From the NCBI GenBank assembly GCA_963677895.2, contig CAXXGJ010000018.1:224001-288000 (forward strand): DNA of 64,000 nt. Reading direction: 5' to 3'. Positions 59,071-64,000 of the stretch are shown here, one piece after another. The position numbers were made by a program, and so were the translations under genes. The notes under the pieces were generated by a model. The model was not told the origin of the DNA, did not search any database, and saw nothing but the letters and a program-made list of their open reading frames with translations. The stretch comes from Treponemataceae bacterium. Its GTDB lineage: Bacteria; Spirochaetota; Spirochaetia; Treponematales; Rectinemataceae. Positions within the stretch are counted from its first letter, which is position 1. Each line of letters begins with the position of its first letter.

Positions 59071-61393
59071 GAATTTCATCTCCGTCGGACATAACTTCCC
59101 CAAGATCGACGGCCTAGGCCTCGTCACGGGCCGGCCGGCCTATACGGACGATCTCGCTCCCAGGGACGCGCTCGTCGTCAAAATCCTGCGAAGCCCGCAC
59201 GCTTTCGCCAGAATCATCTCCATCGACGCGTCGAAAGCGCTCGCGTTGCCCGGCGTCGCCTGCGTCCTGACATGGAAGGATGTCGGGCGCGTGCCCTATA
59301 CCCGCGCCGGCCAGGGACATCCCGAGCCCAGTCCGCACGATAAATTCATACTGGACGAATATGTGCGCTATGTCGGGGATGAAGTCGCCATCGTCGCGGC
59401 CGAGGACGACGCGACGGCGGAGCGGGCGCTGTCGCTCATCGTTGCGGAGTACGAGATTCTCGAACCGGTCCTGGATTTCGAGAACGCGGCCGACAATCCT
59501 ATCGTCATTCATCCCGAACCCGAAATACACGAAATGTTCCCCATCGGTTTCAAGCCGAGGCGCAATATCGCGGCCGCTTACGACATGAAAATCGGCGATG
59601 TCGAAAAAGAGCTTGCCAAGAGCGATATCGTGCTGCAGAAGGCATTTTACACGCAGGCCCAGTCCCATGTCGCCATGGAACCGCATGTCGCCTTCAGCTA
59701 TCTCGATATCCACGGCAGGCTGAATATCTGCACGAGCACGCAGAATCCCTTCCATACGCGGCGCATCCTCGGCCAGGCGCTTTCAATGCCCCTCTCCCGG
59801 ATCAGGGTGATGAAGCCGAGGATCGGCGGAGGTTTCGGCGGAAAGCAGCATATCCACGTCGAGCCCTTCGTCGCGCTTGTCACCTTGAGGACCGGCCGCG
59901 CCGCGCGCATCGCCTTAAGCCGCAGGGAAGTGTTCGAAGCCACCTTCTGCCGGCATCAGATGCGCATAAGCATGCGTATCGGAGCCGACAAGGATGGTTC
60001 GCTCAACGTAGTCGACATGAACGTGCTCTCCAACACGGGCGCGTACGGGGAACACGCGTTGACCGTCTTCATGGTGGGGGGCTCCAAGACTTTGCCGCTC
60101 TACAACAAGACGAAAGCCGTGCACTACGGCGGAAAGGTCGTGTACACCAACAAGGTTTCCTCGGGCGCTTTCCGCGGTTACGGCGCCATCCAGGGGAATT
60201 TCGCCCTCGAGTCGATGATGGATGAACTGGCGCACGCGCTGCGGCTGGACCCGGTCGCCCTGCGCGAGAAGAATATGATCCGCGAAGGCGAGACGAGCGA
60301 GGTTTTCCGGATCATGGGCGAGGGAAGCGAAGGCATTGAAATGACGGTCGAGTCCTGCAAGCTCGATTACTGCGTCGCGCGCGGCAAGGAACTGATCGGA
60401 TGGGAGCCCGGAAGTCTGGCGCGGGAAGTGGCGCCTGGCCGGATCAGGGCCAAAGGAATGGCCATAGCGATGCAGGGATCGGGCATTCCGCTCGTCGATA
60501 TGGGATCGGCGACGCTCGAACTTCAGGACGGAGGATGCTTCAAGCTGCGGGTGGGCGCCACCGACCTGGGCACGGGCAGCGACACGATTCTCGCCCAGAT
60601 AGCCGCGGAAGAACTCGGGATTCCGGTTTCCTCCATCGTCGTGTACGCGTCGGACACGGATCACACTCCTTTCGACGTAGGCGCCTACGCGTCGAGCACC
60701 ACCTATGTGTCGGGCAACGCTGTCCTCTCCGCGGCCAGGAAAATGAAGATTGTCCTGGAGGAAGCGGTTGCGGAACGTTATGCGATAAACAAAGACGAAG
60801 TGATCTTTGACGGCGTCAATTTTCTTAGGAACGACGGGACTGCCCTTGTCGGTTTGGCGGAATTCAGTTTCGATACGCTCTACCACAACGGCGAGCTCAT
60901 GAAGACCTTGACCGCGACGGCTTCCTTCACCGGGGAAAAGTCGCCGCCGCCTTACATGGCCGGTTTCGCCGAAATCGAGGTGGATCTCGAGACAGGGAAA
61001 GTGGATCTTCTGAAGTACGTCGCGGTGGTCGATTGCGGCACGACGATAAATCCCAATCTCGCGCGCATCCAGATGGAGGGGGGACTGCTCCAGGGCATCG
61101 GCATGGCCTTGTTCGAGAATGTCAAATACAGCGGTAAAGGGAAGCTTCTCACGAACAGCCTCATGACCTATACGGTGCCGTCGCGCGAGGATGTCGGCGA
61201 GATAATCGTGGAGTTCGCGGACAGCTACGAACCTTCGGGTCCTTTCGGCGCCAAGTCCGTGGCGGAAATCGGCATCGATACGCCGCCGGCGGCCATCGCC
61301 AACGCTATCCGGAACGCCACCGGTCTTCGTTTTGTCGAAACGCCTTTTACTCCGGAACGCGTGCTGATGGCGCTGAAGGCCGCGGCTAAATAA
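59063..61393 (+). CDS. Xanthine dehydrogenase family molybdopterin-binding subunit
   Basis: MEPH, IGGGFGGK, AFRGYG, GAYASSTT, GGLLQGIG and GPFGAKSVAE motifs. Confidence 0.94.
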   Translation: MSRNFISVGHNFPKIDGLGLVTGRPAYTDDLAPRDALVVKILRSPHAFARIISIDASKALALPGVACVLTWKDVGRVPYTRAGQGHPEPSPHDKFILDEYVRYVGDEVAIVAAEDDATAERALSLIVAEYEILEPVLDFENAADNPIVIHPEPEIHEMFPIGFKPRRNIAAAYDMKIGDVEKELAKSDIVLQKAFYTQAQSHVAMEPHVAFSYLDIHGRLNICTSTQNPFHTRRILGQALSMPLSRIRVMKPRIGGGFGGKQHIHVEPFVALVTLRTGRAARIALSRREVFEATFCRHQMRISMRIGADKDGSLNVVDMNVLSNTGAYGEHALTVFMVGGSKTLPLYNKTKAVHYGGKVVYTNKVSSGAFRGYGAIQGNFALESMMDELAHALRLDPVALREKNMIREGETSEVFRIMGEGSEGIEMTVESCKLDYCVARGKELIGWEPGSLAREVAPGRIRAKGMAIAMQGSGIPLVDMGSATLELQDGGCFKLRVGATDLGTGSDTILAQIAAEELGIPVSSIVVYASDTDHTPFDVGAYASSTTYVSGNAVLSAARKMKIVLEEAVAERYAINKDEVIFDGVNFLRNDGTALVGLAEFSFDTLYHNGELMKTLTATASFTGEKSPPPYMAGFAEIEVDLETGKVDLLKYVAVVDCGTTINPNLARIQMEGGLLQGIGMALFENVKYSGKGKLLTNSLMTYTVPSREDVGEIIVEFADSYEPSGPFGAKSVAEIGIDTPPAAIANAIRNATGLRFVETPFTPERVLMALKAAAK

Positions 61394-61450
61394 CGCCGAA
61401 CAAAGAGAGCCGAGGGAATAAGACCTAGGAAAGACGCCGCATTCGGGGCT

Positions 61451-64000
61451 TCAGCGTTCCGATGGATCGAGGGCGGTTATTCCCGGGAGCGATAGCCGCT
61501 CCAGATATTCGAGGAACGCGCGGGGACCCGAGGAAATATGGAGATTGAGGAAGTCCGGAATATCCGATTGCTTTTCTTCCTCGCTGCATACGATCGTCAG
61601 CGCGCCGCGCCGAATGGCTTTATGCAAGGCGGTCTTGTCGGCGGCGATGTTCCTTTGCGTCCTGTTTCCCCGGCCTGGAATCAGTTCTTCGAGATGAGCC
61701 TGTCCTGACCAGAGAATGGTCTTTGCCCCATCGAGCTTTCGAGCCAGCAGTTCCAGACCCTCCCTGCCGTCCATTTTCCCTTCCATCGTCATGATCAACT
61801 TGTCGGGGTAAGAGACTTTGAACGCGTCCATCATCGCCTGGGCAGCCTGCGGCGCGGAACGGATTGCCTGTTCCTCTCCTTCCGCGTCCAAGCCTTCCAG
61901 GGTGATGATCGCCAAGGAATCGACCCTGGGCAGCAATGCCGCCATGACGCCGAATTGGGCCCTCGTTTCCCTGCCGGCGAAAACGGCGATGAAGGGTCTC
62001 GGTGGATTTTCCAGGAGGGTCTCCAGTATCGCCAGCTCCTTGGCCACCATTGGGCCCGCGAGGCGGTGATCGACGAATTTGGGGACGCCCGTGATGCTCG
62101 CATGGCGCCGATGGCAGACGTTGAACGCGTCGTTGACATACCATCCATCGGAGAGGGCGGCGAGGGAGCGCGAAAAAGCCTCGTCATTGTCCCGCTCGCC
62201 CGTGGCGAAACGAAGATTCTCCAGAAGGTTTACAGCGCCGGGGACAATGTCCTTTTTCGTGATGAGGAGGCCGGATGCGGCCACGCTCGTCTTATGGAAC
62301 ACAAGCGGTTTGCCAAGCTGCTGTCCAAGCGCTTCCGCGATAGGCCCGAGGCTGAAATCGCGGGATATTTCTTCCCTGGTGAGTCGCGCGTCGAGACCGG
62401 CGCCCGGATCGCCGAGATGGGAACAGACAATGGGCGTCCCTCCCTTGGCGAGGATCGATTCCAGCGTCGGTGCGATTTGCCGGATGCGCTGCATGCTGCT
62501 TGTCTTCCCGCGGCGGATCTCCACATTCACGTCCACCCGTACGAGGACGAATCCTCCATTGAAGGAATCCACTTTGCCGAGATCGGCTCTGTGGAGATTC
62601 GTCTCGCGATGGAGGCGGGTCAGTTCGGAATCGATAAGGCTCCTGACGACCTGGGCTGCCCCGGCCGCCGTCGGGCAGCGCCCGACGGCGGCGCTCACCG
62701 TGGCGAGCGGAAGGAAAAACTCGGAAATGGGCGCGATGCCCCGATATACCGCCCCGGTGTTTCCGTCGGCCGTCACGCGTTCCCCCTCGCGCAGGACGGC
62801 ATCACCCGCGGCGTGGAAGATCACCAGGCTTTTTTCATAATCGATTTCCACGTCGTCGCAGCCGACGATGCATGGCTTATTCATGGACATCGCGGTGATG
62901 GCCGCGTGCGACGTCCTCCCCGGGTAGACGGTCACGATGGCGTGAGCGCCGTTCATCACGTCGAAATCCGTGGGTTTCGTGTTGTAGGCGATATAGACGA
63001 CGCTTTCTCTTCTCGCGGTCGCTTCCTTGAGGCGCGCCTCGCTGAGCACGAGGGTTCCCGAAACGACGCCGCCGTTGATCGGCACGCCGACGCTGAGCGG
63101 CGGATTCCATCGCCTCGAGCGGAAATCGGCGCGAGGCAGAGCGGCGTTCGCGTACGCCATCTCGAGCCGATCGATCCTCGACCTGTATTCGGTCAAATCG
63201 ATGATGCTTCGACCGAGAAAGTCCGTATCGGCGACGAGCTGCGCGAAGGCTCCCAGTCTGGCCGCCCTGGCCTGAAGAAAAAAGAGGTCGCCGTTTTCGA
63301 CCGTGAATTCCAGGTCCAAATCCTGCCGGTAATGTTCGATGAGCAGCTTTTTCGCGCGTTCCAGTTTTTCGCCGATTTTAGGATCAAGCCTGGATATGGG
63401 TTCCGTATTGGCGCTTCCCATGACCACTTCCTCGCCCTGGGCCATCCTCTTGAATTCCCCAAAAAGCTCGTCGTCCCCGGTGATGGGGTTCCGCGTGATC
63501 AGTACGCCGCTCAGGGATTTCTGGTTCAGGTTCCCGAAAGCCAGTTGCTGGACCGTCACCGCCGTCTCGGCATTGACGTTGGCCGCCAGCGTTCGGGAAT
63601 AGGCGTTCACCGCCCTGGATCTTCTCGATCCATAGACAAGCCCGACGCAGCGCAGAAGCTGTTCCTCCGGATCGATGAGGAAACGTTGGCCGAGCGCCTC
63701 CGCCAGACGCGCCTCCATCGCCTCAACCGCGCTTTCCTCTTCTTTTCCTGCCTGGCCGGCGCCCGCATCGCCGTCCAATTCCGTATCGCCATCAATGCCT
63801 TCATCGCTGTCCAAACCTGACATAAGATCCAAAGCCGACAGGCAGTTTTCCAGAAAACGGCGATAGAGCGAGGCGGTGAGATGGACGCCCCTCCGCTTCT
63901 CCATATGAACGCGTACATCGGGGCTCCATCCAACATTGAGGATAGTCGCCATGACTCCGGGCATGGAAGTGGGAGCGCCCGAACGGACCGATACGAGCAG
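61451..64000 (-). CDS. PPDK-like dikinase (ATP-grasp + phosphohistidine domain) fused to a phosphoglycerate kinase-like module; 5' end outside window
   Basis: Frame open to 64000 (LLVSVRSGAPTSMPG); TRNP.TG, AQGE.VV, DLEFT, LQAR; GRTSHAA; then RVDVNV, SHLG, LLENLRF, YVNDAF..CHR.HAS, PPRPF, LEYLE..LPGI.AL. Confidence 0.88.
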   Translation of the reverse strand: MLVSVRSGAPTSMPGVMATILNVGWSPDVRVHMEKRRGVHLTASLYRRFLENCLSALDLMSGLDSDEGIDGDTELDGDAGAGQAGKEEESAVEAMEARLAEALGQRFLIDPEEQLLRCVGLVYGSRRSRAVNAYSRTLAANVNAETAVTVQQLAFGNLNQKSLSGVLITRNPITGDDELFGEFKRMAQGEEVVMGSANTEPISRLDPKIGEKLERAKKLLIEHYRQDLDLEFTVENGDLFFLQARAARLGAFAQLVADTDFLGRSIIDLTEYRSRIDRLEMAYANAALPRADFRSRRWNPPLSVGVPINGGVVSGTLVLSEARLKEATARRESVVYIAYNTKPTDFDVMNGAHAIVTVYPGRTSHAAITAMSMNKPCIVGCDDVEIDYEKSLVIFHAAGDAVLREGERVTADGNTGAVYRGIAPISEFFLPLATVSAAVGRCPTAAGAAQVVRSLIDSELTRLHRETNLHRADLGKVDSFNGGFVLVRVDVNVEIRRGKTSSMQRIRQIAPTLESILAKGGTPIVCSHLGDPGAGLDARLTREEISRDFSLGPIAEALGQQLGKPLVFHKTSVAASGLLITKKDIVPGAVNLLENLRFATGERDNDEAFSRSLAALSDGWYVNDAFNVCHRRHASITGVPKFVDHRLAGPMVAKELAILETLLENPPRPFIAVFAGRETRAQFGVMAALLPRVDSLAIITLEGLDAEGEEQAIRSAPQAAQAMMDAFKVSYPDKLIMTMEGKMDGREGLELLARKLDGAKTILWSGQAHLEELIPGRGNRTQRNIAADKTALHKAIRRGALTIVCSEEEKQSDIPDFLNLHISSGPRAFLEYLERLSLPGITALDPSER

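Noticed and set aside
61955..63820. 621-aa plus-strand ORF
   Set aside because: Antisense shadow of the motif-rich dikinase-PGK gene; expected from high GC3; no recognisable motifs.

Overview
GC-rich bacterial chromosomal window. The gene content suggests a free-living anaerobic spirochaete (inference, not proven). No integrase, transposase, CRISPR array or rRNA was seen. Left to right: ABC-F ATPase, TPR lipoprotein, a DUF554/HxxxDG-acyltransferase/zinc-ribbon membrane trio and initiator tRNA-Met. Next is a visibly less GC-rich LacI-controlled catabolic island (M24-fold hydrolase lacking its metal Asp ligands, ASRT-family protein, sugar ABC transporter, MlrC/M81 hydrolase, aldo-keto reductase, DUF4432, decayed second ASRT copy) whose promoter carries a triplicated 29-bp operator. 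Then come a beta-barrel OMP, DinB, an Fe-S aldo-keto reductase, a ~1000-aa secreted TPR protein, an IclR-TctBAC-dehydrogenase-RraA operon and a frameshifted patatin. A ROK regulator follows, with a shared 21-bp operator before two catabolic operons 9 kb apart. After these lie a porC-(porD::GltD/DsrL-like)-porA-porB-lplA cluster, a deacetylase-bactofilin pair and a xanthine-dehydrogenase-family trio. The most unusual feature is at the right edge, truncated by the window: a PPDK ATP-grasp plus phosphohistidine module fused to a phosphoglycerate-kinase module. The PGK module keeps most 3-PG ligands but has lost its nucleotide-binding motifs, making this a candidate novel 'phosphoglycerate dikinase' or a 3-PG-sensing dikinase. 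All family calls come from motif recognition by eye; no searches were run.
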